A stretch of DNA of 32,000 nucleotides, from positions 3,480,001-3,512,000 of the forward strand of contig CP104013.1 of NCBI GenBank assembly GCA_025839675.1, written 5' to 3'. Below the pieces are notes generated by a model. The model did no database searches. It was not told where the DNA came from and was given only the letters and a program-made list of their open reading frames with translations. Shown here piece after piece: positions 15,791 through 25,668 of this stretch (within the stretch, counting starts at the first letter, position 1; each line of letters starts with the position of its first letter). This stretch comes from Candidatus Lokiarchaeum ossiferum. Lineage in GTDB: Archaea; Asgardarchaeota; Lokiarchaeia; Sigyniarchaeales; Promethearchaeaceae. The translations under genes were made by a program, and so were the position numbers.

Positions 15791-17149
15791 ATGGCCCATG
15801 TGATGTATTTTGATCAAAAAAAACACCCAAAATCTGCTATTAATGCTGGAACAAATTGGGCCGAATCTGTAGGGTATGTGTTTTGGTTCTTAAAAAGATG
15901 GATTCGGTATCGGATGTACTTATTAATTCGGTGGATACCGCTTACCATTCAAGAAGGAATCGCGGGGGTTTTAGGGCAATTATTTTTAGGTTTTTCGCGA
16001 AAAAATCAAATAAAAGTGCAGCAATCTTTTAATGCCTTATATAAACACAGACTCTCTACCAAGCGACTTAAACATTTATATAGAGCACATTGTAGTTATA
16101 TGGGCAAACTAGTCATTGATTTTATGAATGGGCTCCCTCTAAGAATTGATCAAGATGTCTCAGAGTTCATCACTTTCAAGCACTTGGATCGATTAGATTC
16201 TGCCCTAAAACAGGGGAAGGGTGCGATTATTCCCTGTCTTCACTTGGGACAACTCGTACATTTGCTCTATGCTCTTGCAAAACATCCAACCGGATATACT
16301 ATTGCGACCATATTTTTTGCTCCGAATATTGTTACTTATGAATTTACCAACCGAACTTGGGCTACAAACACTTATTTGTATGCAAGTACTAAATACTCCC
16401 GCGTAGCACCCTATTTGCAAGCCCATCTGGCACAAAACCATCTTGTAATTTTATTTCACGATTATGGGACTCGACATCAAATGCGTGTACCTTTTTGCCA
16501 GGGCGTTTATCCCTATTTAATTCATACTCCCCAAAGTGTAGTAAAGTTGCACAAGGATACTGGAGCCCCTATTATTCCATGTATCAATACACCCGCAGGA
16601 GTTGTTGGAAAAACCTCGCTCAATTTCCTCGATAATTCTTCTTTAGTGAACATATCCCAAAAATATCAAAACAAATCAAAAAAGGAATTTCATGGGAGAA
16701 TGAGCACAGAACTGAATCGCTTGATGAATCCATCTCTCAGGAAATTTTCACATGTTTGGGAAGAAATCACTGATTTTGCCACCACACGTATTGCTGATCA
16801 GTTAATAGTTCCACCAATGATCAATCTACAAGAGTTAATTCTGTTGGTTGCAAAAAAATCTCATCAGATATTAGAAAAAAGTTATGAGCCGGGTCGTGAT
16901 GATGCTTCTATTCATGAACTCCTTCAAGAGATGTTTCTGAAAATTCGATCGTCATTAACAGTGCCAGAAACCATCTTGGTTCAGGCTTCTGAAACTATTG
17001 ATTTATCTCAAATGAATGCATTATCTGAAATTCAAACCCTTTGCTCCTATGTGAAAAATCTATTGCAAAAAGCATCTCACTTCGATGAAGATGTATCAAT
17101 CAATTTAATAACTCAACTAAAGGAAGAGTTAAAAAAATTAAAATATTAG
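15791..17149 (+). CDS. LpxL/HtrB-like (lysophospholipid/lipid A-type) acyltransferase family protein with a ~150 aa helical C-terminal extension.
   Basis: An N-terminal hydrophobic anchor, then colinearity with the lauroyl/myristoyl acyltransferase family: ALKQGKGAIIPCLHLGQL (compare GKGVIL-x-PHFGNWE), VILFHDYG (compare PDQD) and HTPQSVVKLHKDTGAPIIPC (compare TGPARLA-x-TGAPVVPV). Confidence 0.5.
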   Translation: MAHVMYFDQKKHPKSAINAGTNWAESVGYVFWFLKRWIRYRMYLLIRWIPLTIQEGIAGVLGQLFLGFSRKNQIKVQQSFNALYKHRLSTKRLKHLYRAHCSYMGKLVIDFMNGLPLRIDQDVSEFITFKHLDRLDSALKQGKGAIIPCLHLGQLVHLLYALAKHPTGYTIATIFFAPNIVTYEFTNRTWATNTYLYASTKYSRVAPYLQAHLAQNHLVILFHDYGTRHQMRVPFCQGVYPYLIHTPQSVVKLHKDTGAPIIPCINTPAGVVGKTSLNFLDNSSLVNISQKYQNKSKKEFHGRMSTELNRLMNPSLRKFSHVWEEITDFATTRIADQLIVPPMINLQELILLVAKKSHQILEKSYEPGRDDASIHELLQEMFLKIRSSLTVPETILVQASETIDLSQMNALSEIQTLCSYVKNLLQKASHFDEDVSINLITQLKEELKKLKY

Positions 17150-18166
17150 ATAAAAGATCAGATAAAAGGCTCCAGATAACATAGCTGCAAATGGAAACGT
17201 GACGATCCACGCAATAACCATCTTTTTCAGTGCCTGCCAATTCGGTTTTTCTCCCTTAACTAATCCGCTCCCAACAATAGCAAAAATTAAGACATGTGAT
17301 CCAGAGATTGGTAAACCGAGCATTGTGCAAGTAAAAACTACCAATGCATTAGAACTTTCAATCGCTAAAGCATCACTTGGACGCATTTCGATCAAAGATC
17401 CACCAACATTTTTAATGACATTTCTCCCGACTAATATTAGACCAACTGCAATCATTATTCCTGTCGCAACCTTAAGTAGACTCGCGATGTTTTGAGGAAT
17501 ATCGCCATTTTCCACCAATCCATAATATATTCCAACTGCATTGGCCGAATCGTTTCCCCCTCGACTGAGTTGAGTAATTGATATGAATATTAGAAGAAAA
17601 TATTGGAAAGTTTTTTCACTCCGTTCAATTTCTGAAAATCCAATTTTACCATCTTTTTGCCATTTTCGATTAATTAATTTTAGAATTAACGTTTGCATTA
17701 AAAAGGCTGTAACCATTCCTAAAACTGGTGATATTACCCAACCCAAAGCAACTTTTCCGAGTTTTAACCAGTTTAATGAATCTACAAAATCATTTCCGGG
17801 AATAAATGACCAAACAAAGGCAACTCCAATGACACTTCCAACAACTGAATGAGTGGTTGAGATAGGAGCTCCTGTTTTTGAAGCAAAAACTAACCAGATA
17901 CTCGTACTTAAAATGATGGCCAACATCATCCACATATCATATTGACCTTGGAGTGTATCTCCGAGTAAACTTGATCCAATGTTTTTTCCTACACCTTCTG
18001 ATAAGAAAATACAACCGATACAAGCCAGAAAGCCTCCCCAAATAACTGCTCTATTTAAACTGAGGGTTCCGCTTCCAACCACAGAACTCATGGTTTCGTC
18101 ATTGCTGCCGATGCCAAATGCCAAGTATAGCGTGACTATCAATATTACAACGATTAAGATATCCAT
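17138..18166 (-). CDS. PiT family inorganic phosphate (or sulfate) transporter.
   Basis: Duplicated PiT signature GIGSNDETMSSVVGSG and RGGNDSANAVG. Multiple transmembrane segments. The adjacent DUF47 partner is typical of PiT genes. Confidence 0.85.
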   Translation of the reverse strand: MDILIVVILIVTLYLAFGIGSNDETMSSVVGSGTLSLNRAVIWGGFLACIGCIFLSEGVGKNIGSSLLGDTLQGQYDMWMMLAIILSTSIWLVFASKTGAPISTTHSVVGSVIGVAFVWSFIPGNDFVDSLNWLKLGKVALGWVISPVLGMVTAFLMQTLILKLINRKWQKDGKIGFSEIERSEKTFQYFLLIFISITQLSRGGNDSANAVGIYYGLVENGDIPQNIASLLKVATGIMIAVGLILVGRNVIKNVGGSLIEMRPSDALAIESSNALVVFTCTMLGLPISGSHVLIFAIVGSGLVKGEKPNWQALKKMVIAWIVTFPFAAMLSGAFYLIFYLIF

Positions 18167-18198
18167 TTCGATTTCCTACAGATGCTTTTAACTCTAAT

Positions 18199-18870
18199 TT
18201 AAAATGTAGAATACTTGGCGATTAATCCATAGATATAATCCGCAAAATGTTCCATTCGATTGGTAACTTCCGCTAAATTATTCATTAATTCTGCGTAGAA
18301 GCGAAATTCTCGATAATCTGGTTTAATATAATAGAGTGCTTTGAAAAATTCAAGTTTTCTTTCTCGTACAGAATGTCGAGCTTCGTTAATTGTGACACAT
18401 GTTTCCATAGCCTCATCAAAATTATCAAAAAATTGAGACACTAATCCATTGACCATTTTTCCAATTTGAGCTGTTTTTTTACCTACAGCCTCAATATGGA
18501 CATTTAACTCGCGAATAGGGTTTTCAGGAGTAAAAACTTCGAGGTCAAACATAACTTTTTTGGCCTGTCCTACAATCCGATCCATCGCCGTAACCATACG
18601 CATTCTATCAGGTCGAGAAAAAACCATAGATTCGGAACCGAAAATCCGTGAAATAATCTCATCACGACATTGATCCTGTTCATCTTCTAAATCAATGCAT
18701 TTATTTGAGTATCTTTTTTTCCTTTCCATATCAAAAGCACAAAATGCTGTAAGGGCAAATTGCATTGCCTCTAAAGCGTCTTCTAAAAGACATGCATCAT
18801 TGATGAAAAGATCCTGTAATTTTCCTTTAAGTTCCTTATTACTTCTCTTATAATTTTTTAGTTTACCCAT
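18199..18870 (-). CDS. DUF47 / PhoU-like putative phosphate-transport regulator.
   Basis: All-helical, 223 aa, with LEDEQDQCRDEI and RPDRMRMVTAMDRIVGQAK matching the lE-e-D...D-r-l...mD-i-d pattern of the family. It lies immediately upstream of PiT on the same strand. Confidence 0.7.
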   Translation of the reverse strand: MGKLKNYKRSNKELKGKLQDLFINDACLLEDALEAMQFALTAFCAFDMERKKRYSNKCIDLEDEQDQCRDEIISRIFGSESMVFSRPDRMRMVTAMDRIVGQAKKVMFDLEVFTPENPIRELNVHIEAVGKKTAQIGKMVNGLVSQFFDNFDEAMETCVTINEARHSVRERKLEFFKALYYIKPDYREFRFYAELMNNLAEVTNRMEHFADYIYGLIAKYSTF

Positions 18871-19086
18871 AAAAATCCCATTCAGTGATAAATTCGAATT
18901 ATGGTTTTGTTTTCATGGGAATAGGTATAAATTTTTTTATCTGTTCATTGAATCATCAATTTAACTCTAAGACATTCCATATAATAAGAATAAAATCTGC
19001 GCAAAATTATGTTGATTGATTAAAAAACGGTTGAAAATATGGTATGCTTTCATCAAATGGAATGGATTTGATTTAAAATTAAACTC

Positions 19087-20109
19087 TTAATTCCTTGGTT
19101 GAATTTTTGAAAATTGATCTTGCAACCGATGCTTGGTTTTGCAAAAAGAACATATTTTTAGATAGGTCGTCATGCCACATTCGGTGCATTCTGCTTCAAC
19201 CTTCTTCACTTCGGGAATCGTTTCGAAAAGAATGTGTTTTAGCTTTTGTTGGAACTTCTTAACCATATTCATCATATTTCCCCTTCTAAATTTCTCAATT
19301 TCAATTAAAGAACCCTTCACATTCATCATCGGTGAATCGACAGCATAGGCACATTGGGTTCCTAGATGCTCCACCTTGGCATAATAGGAGTACATAATTA
19401 ACTCTTGTTCGTAAATATAATAAAGAGGTTTTATTCGGGGAACTAATCCCTTCACATCAGTTATCGTCGTAGGACCGGCTCGACTCATCATTTCCATATC
19501 TACACTAAAAAAATTAGATACCAATTGAGTCGCTTCATCAGTTAAATTATGACCTGTGGCGACTTTAGTAAATCCATTTTCATAGGCAAACTTATTAATA
19601 TAATATCGCTTGACCAATCCACAATAGGAACATTCTCCCCGAAAACGTCCTTTTTTAGATCTTCTACCCCTTTTTCGGCTTCGTTCTCCAATTTGGTGAA
19701 TATCATCAATATCTAACCCCATATCATCCTTTATGGTTAGAGTATGAAATGGAATATTTAATTTTTCACAGAGGGAACGGGCAACTATCCCCGAATCTCG
19801 ACTATAATTTTTGGGGGTTATTCCCACTTCGACATATAAGGCTTCCATTTGAACTTTTTTTTGGAATACTTGATCCAAAATAGTCAGCAGAGTCTGAGAA
19901 TCTTTCCCTCCGCTTAAGCCAACTAATATTTTTTCTTGAGGGTTTTCAAAATCTATCAATGCATGGTCTTTGATGGTCTTTTGGACTCGATCTTGAATAT
20001 AAGTGAGAAAATGGTGCTTGCAGACTGGCATTTTCGAATATGGAACAACCGTCACTGCATTAGACTTACAATCGTGATAGAATTTACAACGTGGAAGCAT
20101 CTTGGTCAT
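19087..20109 (-). CDS. ttuA: TtuA/Ncs6-type PP-loop tRNA 2-thiolation enzyme.
   Basis: N-terminal zinc finger C-x4-C...CKHHF, PP-loop LSGGKDS, Fe-S cysteines CSYCGLVKRY...QCAY, GHNLTDEA, and C-terminal zinc finger CTECG...CSFCK. It is colinear with Pyrococcus TtuA (PH0300) as recalled. Confidence 0.85.
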   Translation of the reverse strand: MTKMLPRCKFYHDCKSNAVTVVPYSKMPVCKHHFLTYIQDRVQKTIKDHALIDFENPQEKILVGLSGGKDSQTLLTILDQVFQKKVQMEALYVEVGITPKNYSRDSGIVARSLCEKLNIPFHTLTIKDDMGLDIDDIHQIGERSRKRGRRSKKGRFRGECSYCGLVKRYYINKFAYENGFTKVATGHNLTDEATQLVSNFFSVDMEMMSRAGPTTITDVKGLVPRIKPLYYIYEQELIMYSYYAKVEHLGTQCAYAVDSPMMNVKGSLIEIEKFRRGNMMNMVKKFQQKLKHILFETIPEVKKVEAECTECGMTTYLKICSFCKTKHRLQDQFSKIQPRN

Positions 20110-20206
20110 TTTATGTAATTTATGATTGTCAAAAAATTTTGCTACGTCTCAAAGGGTCAATTTTTAAGGGGGACGATCATTTTACTTATTTGAGGTTAGC
20201 ATTTTA

Positions 20207-21040
20207 TTGAAGAAAAACTATAAATCCTATTTTGAGGCAAATCAAAAACGATGGGACGAGCTTGTCTCCCACCATATCAAGAGTCGGTATTATGATCTTG
20301 AAGGATTTAAACATGGAAAAACCTCACTTTTGCCCACAGAATTGAAAGAATTAACAAATCTTGAAGGAAAATCTTTACTCCACCTGCAATGTCATTTTGG
20401 GATGGATACTCTGTCATGGGCTCGGGATCATGGTGCCATTGTGACTGGTTTGGACTTTTCAGAGAATGCTATAGAAATGGCACGAGAATTAAGTGATGTA
20501 CTTGAAATTCCTGCCACATTTATTCAAGCAAATGTGTACGATATACCGACGGTAATTCACGAGCAATTTGATGTGGTTTTCACATCCTATGGTGTTCTTT
20601 GCTGGCTACCCGATCTCACTGGTTGGGCGAAAGCAGTAAGTCATTGCATGAAATCTGGTGGTCGCTTTTATATTGTGGATACACATCCCTATGGCGAAAT
20701 GTTGGATGAACGGTATTCTGATCGAGTGTCCTTAGGTTATCCCTATACAAGCAAAAATGGAGTTCCTCATGAATGGGAAGAAGATGGCACTTATGCTGAT
20801 CCCGAGGGAGTCACTACTATTCTTAAAAACAAGACTGAATATGGGTGGTATCATTCGATGAGCGAAATTATAAACGCTTTACTCCAAGCGGGGTTACATC
20901 TTGAGTTTTTACACGAATCCACCAAAGGATTTTTTAAATATCATCCCGATATGGTGAAACGAGCCGATGGATTATGGGAGTTTAAAAATATGCGCCCTGA
21001 AATTCCATTGACTTTCTCATTACTGGCTCGAAAACCTTAG
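20207..21040 (+). CDS. Class I SAM-dependent methyltransferase.
   Basis: LLHLQCHFGMDTLSWA (motif I variant), VTGLDFSENAI, DVVFTSYGVL and MKSGGRFY. Apparent TTG start. Confidence 0.7.
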   Translation: MKKNYKSYFEANQKRWDELVSHHIKSRYYDLEGFKHGKTSLLPTELKELTNLEGKSLLHLQCHFGMDTLSWARDHGAIVTGLDFSENAIEMARELSDVLEIPATFIQANVYDIPTVIHEQFDVVFTSYGVLCWLPDLTGWAKAVSHCMKSGGRFYIVDTHPYGEMLDERYSDRVSLGYPYTSKNGVPHEWEEDGTYADPEGVTTILKNKTEYGWYHSMSEIINALLQAGLHLEFLHESTKGFFKYHPDMVKRADGLWEFKNMRPEIPLTFSLLARKP

Positions 21041-21049
21041 GGGATTGAA

Positions 21050-21601
21050 ATGTCGAAGGGTATTCTTCTTCTTTTTGATGAAAATTCATCTAGTATCCTA
21101 AAAAAAATTTATTTGACATATCAAGAACACAATTTATGCGACTTTATGGCAAAGGAAAATATCCCTGCCCACATTACCTTAGCAGCAAATGATGAAATTG
21201 ATTTCGATCTGGTGTCTGCTTCAATTCCTCAAGCATTGAGCCTTTTTAATCCCTTTAAAATTCGCTTCGCCAGCATTGGATATTTTCCAGCAACCAAAAT
21301 AATGTTTTTGAATCCTAAGGAATCCGAAGATCTCCGCTTAATTCAATCCTTAATTCAAGATATCATCACTGATTCTCTCCCAGATTCCATCTCCGAAGGT
21401 CTGTATTCTTCAACGGTTTGGATTCCCCATTGTACTTTGGCGAATCAAATCAAATCCCAAAAGGTTTCTCAAATTATTGATATTACTCAAGAAATGTTAG
21501 ATTTACAACCTGATAAACCTTTCATTGCCACCGTTAGTGCAATTGCTCTATTCAAATATCCCGATTTTGAAATAATAAAAAAATGGTCGCTTGGCGGTTA
21601 A
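21050..21601 (+). CDS. 2H phosphoesterase superfamily protein (LigT / 2'-5' RNA ligase-like).
   Basis: Two HxT/S motifs about 90 residues apart: PAHITLAA and IPHCTLAN. Length is 183 aa. Confidence 0.75.
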   Translation: MSKGILLLFDENSSSILKKIYLTYQEHNLCDFMAKENIPAHITLAANDEIDFDLVSASIPQALSLFNPFKIRFASIGYFPATKIMFLNPKESEDLRLIQSLIQDIITDSLPDSISEGLYSSTVWIPHCTLANQIKSQKVSQIIDITQEMLDLQPDKPFIATVSAIALFKYPDFEIIKKWSLGG

Positions 21602-21603
21602 TT

Positions 21604-22395
21604 TTATTCCAATCCTGTGAAATTTGCCTTCCGTTTTTCTAAAAAGGCACTCATCCCTTCTCGTTGATCATTGGTGGCATAACATCGCGTAAATTGATCA
21701 TTTTCAATCTTAAGACCATTATCCAAAGTTGTATTCATACCTTGATCAATCGCGCGCTTAGCACAACGAACCGCAATTGGACCTTGTCGCAAAATTTTCT
21801 GGGCCAGCGCGATAGCAGTTTCCATTAATTTTTCCGCTGATACCAAGTTGTTTACCAAACCAATCTGAAGTGCTTTTTCTGCGTTTACCATCGCTCCCGT
21901 GAATATCATTTCCTTTGCTAATCCTTCTCCAATTAAACGAGGGAGTCGTTGAGTCCCGCCATATCCTGGAATAATACCTAATCCCACTTCGGGAAGTCCA
22001 AATTGTGCTTTTAGACTTGCTATACGTATATCACAGCTTAAAGCTAATTCTAAACCTCCACCAAGGGCAAACCCATTCACTGCTGCAATCACTGGGAGGT
22101 TTAAGAGTTCAATTCTTCGAAATATTGTTGATCCTTTATTGGCTATTCGGCGTCCTTCCTCTTTGGGGAGTTCTTTTATTTCACTAACATCTGCTCCTGC
22201 AACAAAAGCTTTTCCTTCCCCGGTGATAATCAAAGCTCTAATTCTGTTTTCAGCTTGAATTTTCTCTATAAGCATTGATAATTCATCGAGAACTGCCATG
22301 TTTAATGCATTCATTGCTTTGGGGCGATTTATTGACAAGAAACCGATAAAGTCTTCTTCCTTATAAATAATATTTTTTAAATCCATTTTTTTCAC
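21604..22395 (-). CDS. Enoyl-CoA hydratase/isomerase (crotonase) family protein.
   Basis: GKAFVAGADVSE, NGFALGGGLELALSCD, FGLPEVGLGIIPGYGGTQRL and FLEKRKANF. Confidence 0.9.
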   Translation of the reverse strand: MKKMDLKNIIYKEEDFIGFLSINRPKAMNALNMAVLDELSMLIEKIQAENRIRALIITGEGKAFVAGADVSEIKELPKEEGRRIANKGSTIFRRIELLNLPVIAAVNGFALGGGLELALSCDIRIASLKAQFGLPEVGLGIIPGYGGTQRLPRLIGEGLAKEMIFTGAMVNAEKALQIGLVNNLVSAEKLMETAIALAQKILRQGPIAVRCAKRAIDQGMNTTLDNGLKIENDQFTRCYATNDQREGMSAFLEKRKANFTGLE

Positions 22396-22519
22396 CTTTA
22401 GTTCAATATATATCCTTCCGAAATCGTAGTTTTAAATAGCTATTTTATATCTTTGCGTGAAAAAAATGGAGCCTTCCGAATATTTTTAGCAATAATTAGG
22501 AATGTGATCATTGATCATA

Positions 22520-22873
22520 ATGTCTTGGATCAATTACAAAAATAAAAAGCTGCTCTTTATCGATTTACGTAATAAGAAGGAAGAAGAAGTTATCAAACTC
22601 GCTGGGGATGCAAAGGACATCTTAATTAATTCAGGAAAAACCGACAATCTTCGGATTATTAATGTTGAAGGTGCTTTTGGAAATAAAGCCATCATGAATG
22701 AATTAAAACGCATTGGGAAGATAACTAAGCCATATTATACAAAAACTGCCATCATAGGGGTGACAGGCATGAAATCAATTCTTCTAAAAGCGTATAATTC
22801 TGTTGTTAAGAGCAATACTAAAAGTTTTGAGACTGAAGAAAAAGCGAAGAAATGGTTAGTAAGTGAAAAATAA
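22520..22873 (+). CDS. Small STAS/SpoIIAA-like domain protein (tentative).
   Basis: About 118 aa. The pattern is LLFIDLRN...NVEGAF...TAIIGVTGMKSILLKAYNSV...FETEEKAKKWL, and it resembles SpoIIAA-like DUF proteins that end in eeA-x-x-WL. Confidence 0.4.
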   Translation: MSWINYKNKKLLFIDLRNKKEEEVIKLAGDAKDILINSGKTDNLRIINVEGAFGNKAIMNELKRIGKITKPYYTKTAIIGVTGMKSILLKAYNSVVKSNTKSFETEEKAKKWLVSEK

Positions 22874-22891
22874 AAAAGGAAATTCGTGATT

Positions 22892-23671
22892 TTACTTATT
22901 TGTGAAAGTAGCTTTGCGCTTTTCAAGAAATGCGCCCATTCCCTCTTCCTGATCATTGGTACTGAAGCATTTACCAAAGTAATCATTTTCAATTTTCACA
23001 GCATGGTCAATATCAGTTTGTAATCCTTCATTGATGGCTTTTTTCGCATATTTGACTGCAAAAGGAGCCATTTTTGCAAAAGATCTCGCCATACTTTTAG
23101 CCGTTTCCATTAATTCTTCTGGAGGAACAACTTTATTTATCAAACCAATTTTTTCTGCTTCGGCCGCTCCAAATACCCGACCACTATAAATAAGTTCCTT
23201 AGCAACACGCGGACCCACAATTCGTGGAAGACGTTGTGTGCCTGCAAAACCTGGGGTAATACCCAGACCCACTTCTGGTTGACCAAATTTGGCTTTTTCA
23301 CTTGCTATTGCGACATCACAGCTAAGCATTAATTCATTCCCTCCACCTAAGGCAAATCCATTAACTGCAGCAATTACAGGAATATCCAAATCTTCTATTT
23401 TTTGGAATAGGGCACATCCTTTAATACCATAGGCTTTTCCCTGTTCATAATCCATAGGCTTCATCGTCGCAATATCCGCTCCCGCCATGAATCCCTTTCC
23501 TACTCCAGTAATAATTAATGCATAAATTTCAGCGTCAGCAGCAATATTATCCAGGGTGGCATCAAGCTCATCCATCAATTGAATATTGAGTGCATTTAAG
23601 GCTTTTGGACGATTAATGGTTAAAATCCCCACATTCTCATCTTTTTCAAATTGAACAAATTCACAATCCAT
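22892..23671 (-). CDS. Enoyl-CoA hydratase/isomerase (crotonase) family protein, second paralog.
   Basis: GKGFMAGADIAT, NGFALGGGNELMLSCD, FGQPEVGLGITPGFAGTQRL and FLEKRKATF. Confidence 0.9.
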   Translation of the reverse strand: MDCEFVQFEKDENVGILTINRPKALNALNIQLMDELDATLDNIAADAEIYALIITGVGKGFMAGADIATMKPMDYEQGKAYGIKGCALFQKIEDLDIPVIAAVNGFALGGGNELMLSCDVAIASEKAKFGQPEVGLGITPGFAGTQRLPRIVGPRVAKELIYSGRVFGAAEAEKIGLINKVVPPEELMETAKSMARSFAKMAPFAVKYAKKAINEGLQTDIDHAVKIENDYFGKCFSTNDQEEGMGAFLEKRKATFTNK

Positions 23672-23777
23672 GGTGAGATTATGGATGAGATGGATTATTA
23701 GGGTTTCGATTGATGTATAAAAAATTGTAAAAAAAAATTTTAGATAAAGAGATCAGTTTCGTGAAATCAGATCTAAA

Positions 23778-25586
23778 TTAAAGGAGTTTTTCTAAATCTT
23801 CGGTAAAGCGGGCGTATTGCTGCAACCCTAATTCCCAAAATTCTGGTTTAGAAATATCAAAACCGATAATTTCACCAATCTTTTTTGGTGAAAGGCTACT
23901 TCCTGCACTTAGCATTTTTTTAAACTTAGGCACAAATGATGCACCTTCTTGTTTATAAATTTGATATAATGCGTAAACAAAACAGTTTGCGAAGACATAG
24001 GGGTAGTTATAGAATCTAAAATTGGGAATATAATAATGTGCTTTCATGGCCCACTCCCAATTCATTTCATCAAACCAATCCACAGCATTTCCGAAAATTT
24101 TATCTCGTCCTGCACACCAAAGTTCCGAGATTTTTTCTCCACTTAGGAACTCTTCTTGTCGGATACTATCATATAAGCTTTGTTCAAAGAAAAATCGTGC
24201 ACTCACTTGGAAGGTTGCCATTCCAGCATCATCCAAAACATGAGCTAGAACCTTTATTTTTTCTACTTTCGTTTCGGCTTTTTCCAACAGAAGATCGGTC
24301 ATTAATAATTCTCCGAAAATGGATGCGATTTCTGCGACTACCATAGCTGTATTGGTATTGTGGAGAGTTTGTTCTTGAGAACTTAAATACGCATGACACG
24401 CGTGTCCTAATTCGTGAGCGAGGGTGTATATGTTTCCCATAGAACCAGTAAATGACTGTAACATGAACGCGGATTTTCCTTTGTACCAACTTTCACAGAA
24501 TGCGCCATTCGTTTTTCCAAAGCGGGGACTGGCATCAATATGATTGCGGGTAATCATATCTTGTACCATGGCGGCCATTGTAGGATCAAATCCATTATAA
24601 GCTTCTAAGACTAATTTAGTGGCTTCTTCCCATTCAAACTTCTTATTTTCTCCCAAGAGTAATGGAGCTACCAGATCTTGATTTCCTAACTTCGGTAAAT
24701 CCATGATCTTTGCTTTCAATGTCAAATATTTTTGATAAACCCCCACATTTGAAACGATTGCTTTCATTAGATTATCGATTGTATTTTGATCTACATCATT
24801 GGAAATTAAAGATTGGTGCATAGGACTATCATAATGGCGTCGTTTGGTGACATTCATCCAATCTCCACAAATATTTCGCAGTGCTGAAGAGAATATTTCA
24901 TTTTCCTTTCCTAGCAATCCATAAATTGCTTTGTTTGCAGAAGTTCGGGTTGCTCGATCAGGGTGGGACAATAAGCCATTGGCTTCGGCATATGACAGAT
25001 TTTTAATTTTTCCTTCCACTTCTACATCCATCATACGGGTATTTAACCACTTTGATTGAAGTTCACTCCATTTATTTACTCCGAATTCATCCTTCTCTAG
25101 CATGATTTGTTCTTCCACTTCACTTAGCTTATGGGCATGATTACGGTGAATTCGTTCCATATGGTGCTGATAATTCGAAAGTAGAGGATCTTTAATTAAA
25201 TCGGGAGTCATCAACAATAATGTTCCAACTTCAAGAGATAAAAAAGCTAATTGTTTGTTTATATTCGTTTGAAATGCATTCACACGATTAAAAAGAGATT
25301 GAACCTCTTCACTTGTCATTTCTGCGTAGAAAGATAATGAAGCGTAGGCTACTAATTCCGAAAGAGTTTCTAAAAAGCTTTCTTCCTTCTCAAATAGTTC
25401 TTTTACTCGGTTTGCGGAAAATTCTGATCCTGCAATTTTTCCTTTATAGGTTTCAACTAATAAATTGGCTTCATTCTGAAGTGCCGTTATTGTCTCATCA
25501 ATTTGAGGAGATTTGATGTTTGGAAAGATTTCACTAAAATCCCATGCGATTTCTTCTTGATTTTTAGATGTCGTCAATTTTATCAC
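23778..25586 (-). CDS. pepF: M3B family oligoendopeptidase F.
   Basis: Zinc motif HELGHACH with a downstream E (VVAEIASIFGE). Length is 602 aa, with overall PepF-like organisation. Confidence 0.85.
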   Translation of the reverse strand: MIKLTTSKNQEEIAWDFSEIFPNIKSPQIDETITALQNEANLLVETYKGKIAGSEFSANRVKELFEKEESFLETLSELVAYASLSFYAEMTSEEVQSLFNRVNAFQTNINKQLAFLSLEVGTLLLMTPDLIKDPLLSNYQHHMERIHRNHAHKLSEVEEQIMLEKDEFGVNKWSELQSKWLNTRMMDVEVEGKIKNLSYAEANGLLSHPDRATRTSANKAIYGLLGKENEIFSSALRNICGDWMNVTKRRHYDSPMHQSLISNDVDQNTIDNLMKAIVSNVGVYQKYLTLKAKIMDLPKLGNQDLVAPLLLGENKKFEWEEATKLVLEAYNGFDPTMAAMVQDMITRNHIDASPRFGKTNGAFCESWYKGKSAFMLQSFTGSMGNIYTLAHELGHACHAYLSSQEQTLHNTNTAMVVAEIASIFGELLMTDLLLEKAETKVEKIKVLAHVLDDAGMATFQVSARFFFEQSLYDSIRQEEFLSGEKISELWCAGRDKIFGNAVDWFDEMNWEWAMKAHYYIPNFRFYNYPYVFANCFVYALYQIYKQEGASFVPKFKKMLSAGSSLSPKKIGEIIGFDISKPEFWELGLQQYARFTEDLEKLL

Positions 25587-25668
25587 TAATAAAGAATGTA
25601 ATTCATTAAAAAAATGTATCGCTGAAAATGTAAATTTTAAACAAATGTTGTATGAGAAAAAAAACGAT

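Noticed and set aside
17138-17149. 12-nt convergent overlap of the acyltransferase and PiT 3' ends, considered as an antisense regulatory feature.
   Set aside because: Short convergent 3' overlaps and 2-10 nt spacers recur across this compact window (1058/1065, 10282/10293, 21601/21604). This reflects general gene packing.
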